A DNA stretch of 64,000 nucleotides from Methanobacteriota archaeon (GTDB taxonomy: Archaea > Halobacteriota > Bog-38 > Methanoflorentales > Methanoflorentaceae): positions 2,249,765 through 2,313,764 of the forward strand of contig OY970393.1 in assembly GCA_963720465.1 (NCBI GenBank), in the 5' to 3' direction. Shown one piece after another: positions 21,634 to 32,067 of this stretch. Under the pieces are notes generated by a model that was given only the letters and a program-made list of their open reading frames with translations, was not told the DNA's origin and searched no databases. Position 1 is the stretch's first letter. Every line of letters starts with the position of its first letter. The translations under genes were made by a program, and so were the position numbers.

Positions 21634-22422
21634 ATGCCAGACGGACGAATGGCTTTTTTGGGTGACATCTATTCGATCTGGCTCCGGGAGATGACCCGGT
21701 ACGTAAGAGCCCGGTCGCGGGTCGTTACCTCGCTTATAACTCCCCTGCTGTGGCTCATCATATTCGGGACCGGATTTAGCTCCGCCTTGTCGTTCCCTGG
21801 AGCAAGCGGCACGACGAATTACATAAACTTCCTCGCGCCTGGGATCCTCGGCATGATAGTGCTCTTCACCTCGATATTCTCAGGGATGAGCGTGATGTTC
21901 GACAAAGAATTCGGTTTTCTGAAAGAAATTCTCGTCGCCCCCGTTTCGCGGACGTCTATCGTCATCGGAAAGGCTCTCGGGGGAACGACGCAAGCGTCAA
22001 TACAGGCCCTGCTGATACTCGCCCTTTCCACGTTCATCGGGGTGAAAATATCGAGCACGCTCGGACTCGCAGGCGCCATCGCGCTCATACTCGTGTGCAT
22101 ATTCTTTCTCGGCATGGGTTTTGTCGGGTTTGGAATTAGCATCGCCTCTCGGCTCGAGAATATCGAGGGCTTTCAAGTCGTCGCTAACCTTCTCGTGCTG
22201 CCCATCTTCTTCCTGAGCGGCGCATTCTTCCCGGTCACGTCGCTTCCGAACTGGATGAAGGCACTTGTGGACGTCAATCCGCTTGCTTATGGCGTCGACG
22301 CGTTGCGGTATGCTGTCACCGGACTGCACTCGTACGCCCTGACGACTGATCTCGCGGTCATCATCGGATTCTTCGTGCTGATGACGGTTGTCGGTTCGAT
22401 CTTGTTTAGAAACGTGCGTTGA
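21634..22422 (+). CDS. ABC-2 type permease
   Basis: DKEFGFLKEILVAPVSR, FLSGAFFP and NPLAYGVDALR motifs. Confidence 0.93.
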   Translation: MPDGRMAFLGDIYSIWLREMTRYVRARSRVVTSLITPLLWLIIFGTGFSSALSFPGASGTTNYINFLAPGILGMIVLFTSIFSGMSVMFDKEFGFLKEILVAPVSRTSIVIGKALGGTTQASIQALLILALSTFIGVKISSTLGLAGAIALILVCIFFLGMGFVGFGISIASRLENIEGFQVVANLLVLPIFFLSGAFFPVTSLPNWMKALVDVNPLAYGVDALRYAVTGLHSYALTTDLAVIIGFFVLMTVVGSILFRNVR

Positions 22423-22684
22423 GTCTTGAGCCCGTCGGCCGGAGTCAAAAAAAAGAGAAGTGCGCGACTGGCAGCGGTAGTTTGACGTGATACGGTGCTC
22501 AAACGAATTTTGCCGGATCTCTGTCGAACATCGCCTTGCAGCCAGGAGCGCAAAAAAAGTACTTCTTCCCCTTGTATTCGCTGACGTACTTCGCCGTCGT
22601 TTCATCGACTTCCATGTTGCAAACGGGATCTTTTGTCATTTTTCCCTCTAAGCACCTTGTGTTGCTAATGCTTAATACACTAAC

Positions 22685-23404
22685 TCAGTCGACGGCGCGT
22701 GACGATTTGCAGCTCCACAAAAAATCGAACAGCTCCACGAGCAGTCGGTAGGTCACGTCAGCTGCGGGGACGAGAAATCCGCACGACATATCCGGGTCGT
22801 AGCGTTCTCGAGCGGTCACTCGCGGGAAAAAAAGGAGACCGCGAAGCTCGTTGACGAGGAGTATCATGCTGAAGCTATCGACGTACCGGATATTGGGGCT
22901 TTCTGTTCCGGCCGCGCTCTTCAGAAGTACTTTGACTTCGGACGCGTTGAGTCCAGTCTGGTCAACGGCGTAATTCAAGACCCACAGAAACCGTTTCGCT
23001 TCACGCACGATCTCGGCTGCAGCCGCGTGCAGCTGCTTACCGTCCTGGAGCAGCGACTCGCTGAGGTCTGCCGGCAAACGCTTGAGATGCGCGGGAAGCT
23101 CGGCCGCGCTGTGGAGCTCCCAGTACTCCAATAGGTCGTGAACGTCGCTTATCCCTTCAATGAAGGTTACCAGCACCCTTCCGTATTCCGATATCACGTA
23201 GTCCCCGTTGGGGAGCTGAGAAATAAGTCCCACGTCCTCCAAGCGGCGAAGATGTCGCACAGCTTCGTGCACGAGCAAGCCGAACCGCCGGCAAATGTCG
23301 ATCACAGACGTTCGTTCGTCCAGCTGGTTCAGGATGTCAAGCCGGCTGACGTCTGAAAGTGACAAGAAAAGCCTCGTCAGTTCATAGGAACTCCGTATGG
23401 GCAT
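22685..23404 (-). CDS. ArsR-like winged-HTH transcriptional regulator
   Basis: LSDVSRLDILNQL...RHLRRLEDVGLI N-terminal HTH. Confidence 0.75.
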   Translation of the reverse strand: MPIRSSYELTRLFLSLSDVSRLDILNQLDERTSVIDICRRFGLLVHEAVRHLRRLEDVGLISQLPNGDYVISEYGRVLVTFIEGISDVHDLLEYWELHSAAELPAHLKRLPADLSESLLQDGKQLHAAAAEIVREAKRFLWVLNYAVDQTGLNASEVKVLLKSAAGTESPNIRYVDSFSMILLVNELRGLLFFPRVTARERYDPDMSCGFLVPAADVTYRLLVELFDFLWSCKSSRAVD

Positions 23405-23487
23405 AGTTTCTCCGTTTAGCGTTTTGCTGCCGGCGCGTGCATGCGTACGGTAAGAAACGTATAAATAACATTCCCTTTTAGGGTTTA

Positions 23488-24579
23488 GTGCGGAGGCTGG
23501 CCTTGAAAGAGCTTTGTGAGGACGTCAAGCGCGAATTGTCACAAATCTTAGCAGCACTCGATCCGCGAGAGACGCGGAAGCTGCACGTCGTGTGCACACC
23601 TAGCTTCTATTTGGATCACTTCGTGCAGGTCGACGATCTGAGCACGTTTTGCAGCGCGATTCAGGCGAAGTACGTCGGCGGCGGTGGCAACCTTCCTGGC
23701 TTCGTCCAGAACGTGCTGTCGGGCGGCGGTGCGGCGAATACTGCAATCGCGCTGTCGCGACTCGGGGTGAGCTCCCATTTCATCGGCCGGACGAGCGAGC
23801 TTGGACGTCACGTTTTGAAGTTCTTCGCCGAAAATAGCGGGGTTGACATCGCCCACGTGAAGACCGACGGCAGATTGGGACAGACCCTCGCTCTCGAGAT
23901 TGGAGAGCGACGGATCAACGTCATGCTCAACGACGTCGGCTCGAACTATGACTTTGCGTTCGACAGCTTGCGCGATACCGATCTCGAACTCATCGAAAAC
24001 AGTCAGCTCGTGACCGTCCACGATTGGGGGACTAACGTCGTGGGAGGCACCGATCTTGCCGTGAAGACGTTCGCCTACGCGAAGCAATACAACGTGAAGA
24101 CGTACTTTGACTCGGCAGACCCGGGTCCCCGCGTGCACGACCTCACCGAACTCTATGAAAGCGTGATCGCGAGCACAAACCTTGATATCACGAGCCTCAA
24201 TCAAAATGAGCTTGAGAAGCACACGGGTGAGGCCACCCTTGAGCGCGCGATCGCATTCAAGCGCCGAGTTGGCTCACGCGTTGATTATCACACCCCCTGG
24301 TATGCGGCGTCAATCGACGATAGCGTGACGGTATTCCCCGTGTATGACGTGAAACTGCTTCGATCCACGGGCGCCGGCGATGCTTGGAACTCAGGCAATA
24401 TCTTTGGTGAGCTTCTTGCTCTGGCCCCCGCACTGCGCCTGTGCCTTGCGAACGCAGTGGCGGGCTACTATGTATCAAGCAGACACGGGGCTCATCCGAC
24501 CATCGATGATCTGGTAGCGTTCGTCACGACTGAGAAACTGCGCACGTTGCCGACGGAAGTTGCGAGCGTCGTAAAATAG
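23488..24579 (+). CDS. PfkB family carbohydrate kinase
   Basis: GGGAANTAIALSRLG, NQNE and STGAGDAWNSG motifs. Confidence 0.88.
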   Translation: MRRLALKELCEDVKRELSQILAALDPRETRKLHVVCTPSFYLDHFVQVDDLSTFCSAIQAKYVGGGGNLPGFVQNVLSGGGAANTAIALSRLGVSSHFIGRTSELGRHVLKFFAENSGVDIAHVKTDGRLGQTLALEIGERRINVMLNDVGSNYDFAFDSLRDTDLELIENSQLVTVHDWGTNVVGGTDLAVKTFAYAKQYNVKTYFDSADPGPRVHDLTELYESVIASTNLDITSLNQNELEKHTGEATLERAIAFKRRVGSRVDYHTPWYAASIDDSVTVFPVYDVKLLRSTGAGDAWNSGNIFGELLALAPALRLCLANAVAGYYVSSRHGAHPTIDDLVAFVTTEKLRTLPTEVASVVK

Positions 24580-24659
24580 GCAATGCGTGCACAAATTCTG
24601 GGCAGTGTAATTAGTGGTGAAAAGCGGATATCGCCTAAGGCACACGAGCGGTACGACGG

Positions 24660-26201
24660 CTATTCGTCTCGCTCCACGCCAATTTTCGAATAGATCCTGC
24701 GCGTTACGACCTCTTCGACGAGCTGAAGCAGCGTCGTTCGGTCCCGGACGCCGGTGAACACACCGAGGGGGATCTGCGCGGCAGCGGCGTTTGAATGGCC
24801 GCCCGCAGAGCCGATGTCGCCGAATGCTTCGCTCATGACGGCGCCGATGTTGACGCGGATGTCCTTGCTCCGCGCTGATATGTGAATCTTTTCTTCGTTG
24901 AGTCCGAAGACGGCTACTGCAGTTACCCCTTCAAGGTTGAGCACGTAGTCGGCCGCCTGTGCGAGCGCGTCTACATTGTGCATGTACCCAACGGACGAGA
25001 CAAGGTAGCTTCCGGTGATGTGCTTGTTGTGAATGGCCTCGCCGATTATGTCAAGCGTTTCCATTGACATCGTCGGTGATTCAATTTGATTGAGAATATC
25101 TCTGTCGGAGAGCTGCATGAGCTCCATTGCGGCGGCTAGATCTGCGGGGGTCACGTGCACTTTGTAGTCCTGGGTGTCGATGCGTATGCCGTAAAGCAAA
25201 GCCGTCGCGAGCCGCTTGTCTATGTCAATGTCAAGCTCTTCGAGGTAGTTCGTCAAAATCGTCGCCGTTGCCCCTACGTCCCTGATATCGGTGTACAGGA
25301 CGCGGTGCTCAGGAACCCCGTGATGGTCGATGATGATTCCGACTTTGTCTAGGCTTGTCAGCGGGTTATTCGCCCCAGGCGTCCCCGTATCGACCAAAGC
25401 GAGCATATCGTAATCGTTCGGATCAACCTCGTCGACGTGGATCAAGTCTATGTTGAGCAGGTTTACAAAGGCTCTGTTTTCCTGTCTGCTGATCTCTCCG
25501 TGGTAGATTATCGAGGTTTCCGTGTTGACGCTCGCGGCGATCTGTTTGAGCGCGAGCGCGCTTGCGATCGAGTCGGGATCGGGGTTATCGTGGACCATTA
25601 TGCCGAGCTTCTTTATGCCCTTGAGAATTTCGTGAAGTCGATTCGCGGACCGCTGCGATTCTGCCTTCTGGAGGTCGTGCAATGTGGCGCTCGCGATAAG
25701 CGCTGACGGGTAGACGACTGCGTCGGCCCCCAACTCTTCGAGCTTATCTTTGCTGAGCGGGTCGGCTGCTCGGACGATCACGAAAACGTCTGGCTTCCTC
25801 TCCTTGATCACGCTCAGCGCTTTGGTGTTCGCGTTGACGTCAGAGCTGAGAATCATAACGATTTCGAGTTCAGGCGTGAGCAGCTGAGTGATGACCTCCT
25901 CCTTTGTGATGTCACCGACGTGCGCGTCAAAATTCTGGTCACGCAGCGTCTCGACCCGTTTCGCGTTCTTCTCGATGATGGTAAACATCCTGCCGCGTTG
26001 AGTGAGTTCCTTGGCTACGAGAAAGCCGACACTGCCTGAGCCGAGTATTGCGTACGTTATCCGTTCGTCAATTTTGAGGGGTATGCCTTGCTCGAAGGTT
26101 GTCGAATTATAAGCCGAAATAAGCCACCACCTGCTTTCGCTGGATTGAAGCCTCAAATGTAGTTTGGGTAAGCTATATATGTAGAAGGGGTATAAGAGCA
26201 T
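24660..26201 (-). CDS. TrkA-N plus DHH/DHHA1 phosphoesterase
   Basis: ILGSGSVG Rossmann motif, HDNPDPD, DHH and SAGGH; true start likely near 26080. Confidence 0.88.
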   Translation of the reverse strand: MLLYPFYIYSLPKLHLRLQSSESRWWLISAYNSTTFEQGIPLKIDERITYAILGSGSVGFLVAKELTQRGRMFTIIEKNAKRVETLRDQNFDAHVGDITKEEVITQLLTPELEIVMILSSDVNANTKALSVIKERKPDVFVIVRAADPLSKDKLEELGADAVVYPSALIASATLHDLQKAESQRSANRLHEILKGIKKLGIMVHDNPDPDSIASALALKQIAASVNTETSIIYHGEISRQENRAFVNLLNIDLIHVDEVDPNDYDMLALVDTGTPGANNPLTSLDKVGIIIDHHGVPEHRVLYTDIRDVGATATILTNYLEELDIDIDKRLATALLYGIRIDTQDYKVHVTPADLAAAMELMQLSDRDILNQIESPTMSMETLDIIGEAIHNKHITGSYLVSSVGYMHNVDALAQAADYVLNLEGVTAVAVFGLNEEKIHISARSKDIRVNIGAVMSEAFGDIGSAGGHSNAAAAQIPLGVFTGVRDRTTLLQLVEEVVTRRIYSKIGVERDE

Positions 26202-26207
26202 ATGCCA

Positions 26208-26314
26208 GGGCCGGTAGCTTAGTCAGGCAGAGCGTTGGGCTCTTACGGTATTTATGCTGTGACCTGTTGACCAGAGATACCCAAAGGTCGAGGGTTCGAT
26301 TCCCTCCCGGCCCG
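26208..26314 (+). tRNA. tRNA-Lys(CTT) with intron at 37/38 (~26246-26278)
   Basis: GGGCCGG/CCGGCCC acceptor stem, TTGGG-CT-CTT-A...CCCAA anticodon arm, GGTTCGATTCC T-loop. Confidence 0.92.
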
Positions 26315-26323
26315 CGTATTTGT

Positions 26324-26491
26324 GGGGCTGTGGCCTAGTCAGGAATGGCGACGGGCTCCAGCGGTAAAAGTTCTCGATATGATGAGCAACGGGTCAACTG
26401 ATGACTCGGGGACGCTTGAGTCAGGTGATGTCCCGTTGGAGCACTGATCGGAGAGACCCGTCGATCGGGAGTTCAAATCTCTCCAGCCCCA
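26324..26491 (+). tRNA. tRNA-Trp(CCA) with long intron (~26362-26455)
   Basis: GGGGCTG/CAGCCCC acceptor stem, ACGGG-CT-CCA-G...CCCGT anticodon arm, GTTCAAATC T-loop. Confidence 0.93.
26362..26455 (+). ncRNA. Intron-encoded box C/D guide RNA of pre-tRNA-Trp
   Basis: Box C ATGATGA (26379), D' CTGA (26398), C'-like GTGATG, D CTGA (26444); guides ACGGGTC and TGGAGC complementary to the anticodon arm. Confidence 0.85.
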
Positions 26492-26693
26492 TTTTTTGCG
26501 ACACGTTGATTTAGCGCTCGGCGTCGGTGTACGTCGGCGGATTAAGCCTTTTGGTACTCGTAGCGTGTAGCTCCGTAGCTTCCGCTCGAGCGAGTTGTTT
26601 TTGAATTAAAGCTTCCCCCGTCGACGAATGTGCTCTCGTAAGCTATAACGTGACCAAAACGTTAAGTATGTATAAACCTTACTCTAGTCCGAG

Positions 26694-26798
26694 AGTCCCG
26701 TGGTGTAGTGGTCAATCATGCGGGCCTTTGGATTCATGTGGTCTTGGGCCACTGATAGAAGAAAGCCCGCGACTGCGGTTCGAATCCGCACGGGACTA
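26694..26798 (+). tRNA. tRNA-Gln(TTG) with intron
   Basis: AGTCCCG/CGGGACT acceptor stem, CGGGC-CT-TTG-G...GCCCG anticodon arm, GGTTCGAATCC T-loop. Confidence 0.9.
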
Positions 26799-26816
26799 TT
26801 CGCCGTTCGAGGCTGT

Positions 26817-26890
26817 GCCGAGGTGGGGTAGCTTGGTTATCCTATGGCCCTGTGGAGGCCACGACGCGGGTTCGAATCTCGCCCTCGGCC
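26817..26890 (+). tRNA. tRNA-His(GTG), integration target
   Basis: GCCGAGG/CCTCGGC acceptor stem, TGGCC-CT-GTG-GA-GGCCA anticodon arm, C73 discriminator. Confidence 0.93.
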
Positions 26891-27357
26891 TTTGATTTTC
26901 TCTTTTTATGCTCGTAAGGGAATTCTTTTGAAAAAAGAGCTTGTTTAAGTTGGCTGATCTCGAATTCAAGAGAAGATAAGCGAGATTCGACGCCATTTGG
27001 GCTATCCGGTTGTATAACTTTAGGCAAAAGTTGTATAACTTTTGAATCGGGTTGCGCAATTTCAGACTCTGCATCCTCAGCCTCGTCGTCGAAAGTGACA
27101 AGAAGTGCCCGTCTGTCATGGTGCTGAATCTCAAATATCTTTGCAACCTTCCCAATTTCGTCTGCGCAGGTCTTTGGCAGCCTAATAAGCGGGTAAACGA
27201 CGCCCGCTTTGGCATTCAACTTGGTGACCTTCGATTTTCCCAGATAATGCACAACGATTCCCCGTTTCGATTTGCGATAACGAGATTTCATTCGGGCTAA
27301 TAGAATAATAACCTGTCTGGAGGCGCGTACATCGGATAAGTGAAATTGTGGCGTCAC
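26842..27357 (-). CDS. Integrase N-terminal fragment int(N) of element 1
   Basis: Reads through att as KAEGEIRTRVVASTG, the same frame in which int(C) begins (VASTG-RLFEY). Confidence 0.85.
   Translation of the reverse strand: MTPQFHLSDVRASRQVIILLARMKSRYRKSKRGIVVHYLGKSKVTKLNAKAGVVYPLIRLPKTCADEIGKVAKIFEIQHHDRRALLVTFDDEAEDAESEIAQPDSKVIQLLPKVIQPDSPNGVESRLSSLEFEISQLKQALFSKEFPYEHKKRKSKAEGEIRTRVVASTGP
26847..26903 (+). repeat. att direct repeat copy 1 (57 bp; 3' half of tRNA-His plus 13 bp)
   Basis: Identical to 48753-48809. Confidence 0.95.
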
Positions 27358-27389
27358 GCATCACACGGTTTTAGCTTTGCCTGAAAAGT

Positions 27390-28046
27390 TTAGGAGGGCG
27401 GTTTTTCAGCCCGGCCTTTTGAAGATAAGCGCATCCACTTGTCAAGATCGATATTATACCATCGACTTTTATATGATCTCTTTGCGCCATCAGTATACTC
27501 GCATTTTACTTTGATGGCGCCACTGTACACAGAATCTTCGAGACGCAGGCCAGAAAGAGTTATGAGGTCTCGCAAGCCCCGATTTTTATCCGTTAACAGA
27601 AGCGCAAGTTCCTCAGCAGGTACCCACACATTACAAGTTTTTCCAGGTTCTATCGTATAAGGAAATGTGACATCGCTTTCATGAGGTATTCCTACTAATA
27701 CAGGCACCTGTATGCCCCCCTCAGGTCGTAATAGACGTATTTTCAGCAGCAGGATCAATAAATAACGTGGAAGGCTGAGCTTCAAGGCGTCACCTCGTGA
27801 CTTTCCTGGCACTAAAATGTTAAGTCCATTGAGTGTGGTAGGAACGTTTCCGATATTAGTGGCTGTTAAAACATAGCATGGGGATCCGGCGAATCTTCCC
27901 GCAGGAAAGCCGAAATCAAAGAACACGCGGATTTTCGGTTTATTCTTGAAGAAGAAGTTATAACTTGAAAGGATCGTCGAGTATGCGAGAAAAAAAAGCG
28001 CGATAGCTTGTAACAAAAGATTTAGTGGTATATCAAGCAAGACCAT
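27390..28046 (-). CDS. Hypothetical membrane-anchored protein
   Basis: 218-aa ORF with N-terminal transmembrane helix. Confidence 0.6.
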   Translation of the reverse strand: MVLLDIPLNLLLQAIALFFLAYSTILSSYNFFFKNKPKIRVFFDFGFPAGRFAGSPCYVLTATNIGNVPTTLNGLNILVPGKSRGDALKLSLPRYLLILLLKIRLLRPEGGIQVPVLVGIPHESDVTFPYTIEPGKTCNVWVPAEELALLLTDKNRGLRDLITLSGLRLEDSVYSGAIKVKCEYTDGAKRSYKSRWYNIDLDKWMRLSSKGRAEKPPS

Positions 28047-28207
28047 CGAGCAATACGTGCCTTACTATCATATAAAAAAGGATATCAACGCTGCTCCTTG
28101 TGTACGTGGTAATATACGGGGCGGCCTGCAGCTACTGCCTTGCGAGAGCTGAACGGCCTGACGGGTCGTACCTGCGAACGTTTGCGCTTGATTTAAAGAA
28201 CATAGCT

Positions 28208-29569
28208 TCATTTTGGCGTTAGCTTTTGCGATTCAATCCACGTCAGCAAGTTCTGTTTTTTCTTAAATTCGTCAATGCGTTTAATTAGAACTGCTAATAG
28301 GCCCCGAGCGATGAGGCGAAGATCATCGAGGAGTGATTTCTCCTGCTTGCTTGTGATACTTCCCCCTCTATGAACAATCTTGCTTCTTATGTCATAAATC
28401 TCCAAGACTCTCGCTTTTAGCTGTAGCCGTTGTTCTAGCTCATCTTCCAAAAGGATCGCACACCCCTCGGCGATTGAAGCTCTGATCGAACTACCGTCGC
28501 CCGGCGTCAGGCAGTTTTCCAAGCACGTGACTAAATTAACGAATTCAATCTCTGGTGTGTCTTGCCTTTGGGATGCAGCAAACCAGCGAATGCCAGCGAG
28601 AACTGTTTTTTGAAATGGCGTTGGTCGGCCAGTCTCTATTATTGCGGATACATTGAAAATGCCAAGAGCATTCATGGCCTTGATATCATCTTTGGTAAAC
28701 TCAACGGGCATGTACGCCCCCGTGCGCCGGTTTGCTAAGTAAAAGGAATCATTAGTGGGTGAAAGAAGAACCGTCGTGCGATGACCTCCGGCCATCTCGC
28801 CCTGCAGCCGAACAGCCCCTTTGTAGTCTCTTGAATGTATGAAAGATATGAAGTAGCTTAGCAGGTCAAGAATTTCCTGCGTCTGTTCCTCCGCTATTTC
28901 TATCGCTCTTTTCGATTCGGCCGTTATATGATATATAGCGCAAACGGTGTCTTTAAGGGTCTCGATGCGCCCCCGCACAAATTCGTCACGGCCGATTTCA
29001 CTTTTATCGCCCTGCGCACTTCTATTCACGAAGATCGTATTGATCTTTTCAAACAAGGCGCTCATTTGTGCGTTATTCATGTATTTTAAGCAAGTACGGC
29101 CGATTTTTAGCGAATTTCCACTTATGCTTGAAATGCCGGCGAGAGGGAGATATACTATCCACTCTGTTGACGCTTGCCGATCGAGATCAGCAACCAAGCC
29201 GCGCACCAGCTCGCGAACGTATTCAGCATCGGCTTCACTGAGTGCTTTGGGCAAAGTACCAAAACCCTCACCTTCGACGATCTTCGAAAGTGGTTTTCCA
29301 TATACCTCATTCATCTGATTTTCAACGTACTTGAGCGAGAGGCGATTCCACGGTTTCATTTGCAGAACATAATCAGCCAGTTGTTCGTGCCTCTTGTCTC
29401 CATCTTTATCCAAGCCAAAAAAATGCTGCCCGTCTTCCGTTGAAAACCACGTTTTTCCAGTTTTAAGAGCGTATTCAAAATCTTGGGTGTGTTCTGAATC
29501 TAAAACAACATTCAAAAAATCAACAACCTTTCTTGTTATCAATTCAGTCTTATCTACGTCTCGAGACAT
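28208..29569 (-). CDS. HEPN (Apea-like) domain protein, putative defence RNase
   Basis: C-terminal LVTCLENCL...IYDIRSKIVHRG (RxxxxH). Confidence 0.75.
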   Translation of the reverse strand: MSRDVDKTELITRKVVDFLNVVLDSEHTQDFEYALKTGKTWFSTEDGQHFFGLDKDGDKRHEQLADYVLQMKPWNRLSLKYVENQMNEVYGKPLSKIVEGEGFGTLPKALSEADAEYVRELVRGLVADLDRQASTEWIVYLPLAGISSISGNSLKIGRTCLKYMNNAQMSALFEKINTIFVNRSAQGDKSEIGRDEFVRGRIETLKDTVCAIYHITAESKRAIEIAEEQTQEILDLLSYFISFIHSRDYKGAVRLQGEMAGGHRTTVLLSPTNDSFYLANRRTGAYMPVEFTKDDIKAMNALGIFNVSAIIETGRPTPFQKTVLAGIRWFAASQRQDTPEIEFVNLVTCLENCLTPGDGSSIRASIAEGCAILLEDELEQRLQLKARVLEIYDIRSKIVHRGGSITSKQEKSLLDDLRLIARGLLAVLIKRIDEFKKKQNLLTWIESQKLTPK

Positions 29570-30480
29570 TTCTCACTCCTCAGTTCTTAAAAAAACTGAT
29601 TAAACACTAAACCATTGATGAAGTGGCTTCAGTGTTTCGTTTAGCAGCTTTTTTGCGGCCTCAATGTGCGAGACGAGACGTTGTGAGGTTGCAATGCCTC
29701 GAAGTGGAGGGCTCTGAAAAAGGTTGAGGTAGAAGGCGCTCACGATTGCTCATACGCCCAGCCATATTCGCGCTGCTGGAGCAATCGCACCTGTATTCTT
29801 TTAATAATCCGTCGCAACTGCTGACGCGCACTGTCGGGTAGCCAAACATCATTCACACGGTCTCGCAGATATTGATACGCTTCCCAACTGGTCGAGCACT
29901 ACCTCAAAAGTTTTTCGGCAGCCATATCGGCATAGTCGTTTTTGTAGTCTGCGATTTCAAGGATGAGTTCGTCGACTTCGAGGCGATCGTTGTGCATAGT
30001 ATAGTAAAATGAAAGTGTTTTCCTGAATAATGGTTGACGAAGAGCGGTGCGGAAGTGGTCTTGGCGGTTCCATAATCTCAAACATCTTCACCGATCAAAC
30101 ACCCAACCCACAACAAACGTGCCCCGTGGCAATAACCTTGCTGTGAATCGTTGGGATAACGCGATTGATATGCAGCGGGCTTCTCTACGTGCTCTAATCG
30201 CTACAATAGGTATGTCTCCTCCACCCCTCAGACTGAATCGACGTTCGATGAGATAACGAAAGCGCAGCTTAGCTATCGTTGCGCCAGATCGTTGAAGTAT
30301 CCAGCAAGTGATGTTCACGAAGCAGACTTCGTCGAGTCACCTTATCATGTAGGTTCTGAAACACTTCGGGATGATGCGTATGCACTGGAATCAGCGTTTT
30401 GGCTGCACTGCTTGAATCACGTCTCTTCTCACCGTAGTTCAGGTGAGTTCTAGCAGAACATAATTTGGCGCGTTTTTTTT

Positions 30481-30939
30481 TTAGCTGCAAGCATCATTAC
30501 TTGTGGCTTTCTGGCCAACTTCCCATTCCTGTAATTGCTTTTCTAAGCGCTCGATTTCGACAGTAACATTCTTAAGGGATCTGAAGATTGCATTGATCTT
30601 ATCCGTTCTCTGTTTTACAAGTGAATCGACAAATTCGCGGCGTGATTCTCCAGCCAACCGTCTTATTTCTTCTTCAACTTTTCCGCATTCTCGGTCATAT
30701 TCCGTAAGACGTTTTTCAGCACGACTGATAGCACCCGCAGCGTCGCCCAAAGCCCGATCAATAGTGCTAGCAGCGTGGTCTAAAGTATCAGCGTTAACTT
30801 GTTGATTCAAGAGGCTGGCTACTCCGTCTATGCTCTCCATAACTTCTTTTTCTACTTTGTAGGATTCGCTCCGCATGAGATCCGTATAACGACCAAGCCA
30901 GTAGTTCAAACGCTCCCCTTCGCGTGCAGGATCCCTCAT
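30481..30939 (-). CDS. Coiled-coil hypothetical protein
   Basis: 152-aa helical, charged ORF. Confidence 0.5.
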   Translation of the reverse strand: MRDPAREGERLNYWLGRYTDLMRSESYKVEKEVMESIDGVASLLNQQVNADTLDHAASTIDRALGDAAGAISRAEKRLTEYDRECGKVEEEIRRLAGESRREFVDSLVKQRTDKINAIFRSLKNVTVEIERLEKQLQEWEVGQKATSNDACS

Positions 30940-31073
30940 TTTTCGTTCTCCGTCTTCTCCAAACTAACGTTTGATAAGAACCGCAATAACCTTTGATCAG
31001 ATGAATAACTGTCGAGAGGAGTCAGAATGCTGACTGAATCAGAATACCAAGTACCAGCGTTTGAGATTGGCAG

Positions 31074-31127
31074 CGACGTCTTGTAAGTCTTGCCACAGAT
31101 CGACGTCTTGTAAGTCTTGCCACAGAT
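31074..31127. repeat. 27-bp tandem duplication
   Basis: CGACGTCTTGTAAGTCTTGCCACAGAT at 31074 and 31101. Confidence 0.9.
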
Positions 31128-31149
31128 TTTATTCATTTTGGCAGCATTA

Positions 31150-32067
31150 TTATAGTACGCCGGCTTTGACTGCTTTTGCGAACAGGTAATTAACAAAAGC
31201 GGAGCACGAGACTAACATGAACTGTGCATCTTCTAGGTCTAAGTTCGGTTCATCGAGCAATGCATGGCGAATGCCGTTTGCGTCACTGGTATATCCATAC
31301 AAACTGCTAAACGCGTGACTTAAAGCGCCGTGCAATTTTATCTTGCCGGCCCGGTCTATCATCTTCAATGCGTCCCCTAACGTCGCTTTTTTAGTTCCTG
31401 TTATTCTTTGACAGATTGATTCGACAGCACTTATCGACTCTTTGACTGAATTTCGATAGATGGGGTTCTTCCGATCTGATAACAGTATCAAAGCATCTCT
31501 TATGTGTATATAAGCCCCTCTTAACGCCGGATGACTGGAAGTTATGTTTAAAGCTTCTTCTATAGCGGCGCGTTCTTCAGCAGATGTGATCGGCGTTATG
31601 ATGCCTGAGATGAAGCGATAGGCCGATCGTTCTTCCTCTAGGATTTTGTTAGATTCTTCTGTAAAACTAGAGTTAATGTCAGAATTTGGGTAGTGGTTAG
31701 CGAGGTATTCTATGAAATCGTAAACCTCGTACCATTCGCATTTAAAAAATTCGCTTCTTATCTGCAAGCAAAACACGGGCCAAACATCAAGGAGGAAGTT
31801 CCACGGTTGCTTGAAATATTCGTCCTGCAAACGTCGTGAAAATTTGTTTGTGGATTCTCGATTGCTCTGTTGAGCGGCATCTTGCCAGTAATACCTGTCT
31901 AGGGCATTCCAAATGCGATTTCTCAAAGCATCATCAACGCTGTTGAGCTGGATCGCCGTCTTTCTTGGCAGGAGGCCCTCTCTCTGAGAGAACGGGAGTT
32001 TAGGATCTTGATCGCCCATTTTGCCCTCAAAGAGCAATTCGATTTCAACCGCTGACGCCCACGACAA
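31150..32067 (-). CDS. AbiJ-like (NTD4 plus HEPN-like) abortive-infection protein
   Basis: FSQREG, LRNRIWN, WYEVYDFIE, YRNSVKESISAVES and LYGYTSDANGIRHA motifs; likely start ATG near 32019. Confidence 0.8.
   Translation of the reverse strand: MSWASAVEIELLFEGKMGDQDPKLPFSQREGLLPRKTAIQLNSVDDALRNRIWNALDRYYWQDAAQQSNRESTNKFSRRLQDEYFKQPWNFLLDVWPVFCLQIRSEFFKCEWYEVYDFIEYLANHYPNSDINSSFTEESNKILEEERSAYRFISGIITPITSAEERAAIEEALNITSSHPALRGAYIHIRDALILLSDRKNPIYRNSVKESISAVESICQRITGTKKATLGDALKMIDRAGKIKLHGALSHAFSSLYGYTSDANGIRHALLDEPNLDLEDAQFMLVSCSAFVNYLFAKAVKAGVL

Noticed and set aside
26324-26491. C/D guide RNA in the tRNA-Trp intron as a novelty
   Set aside because: This is a well-established feature of euryarchaeal pre-tRNA-Trp.
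26650-27215. ORFs 26650-26895 and 26796-27215
   Set aside because: They are shadow ORFs over tRNA genes and int(N).
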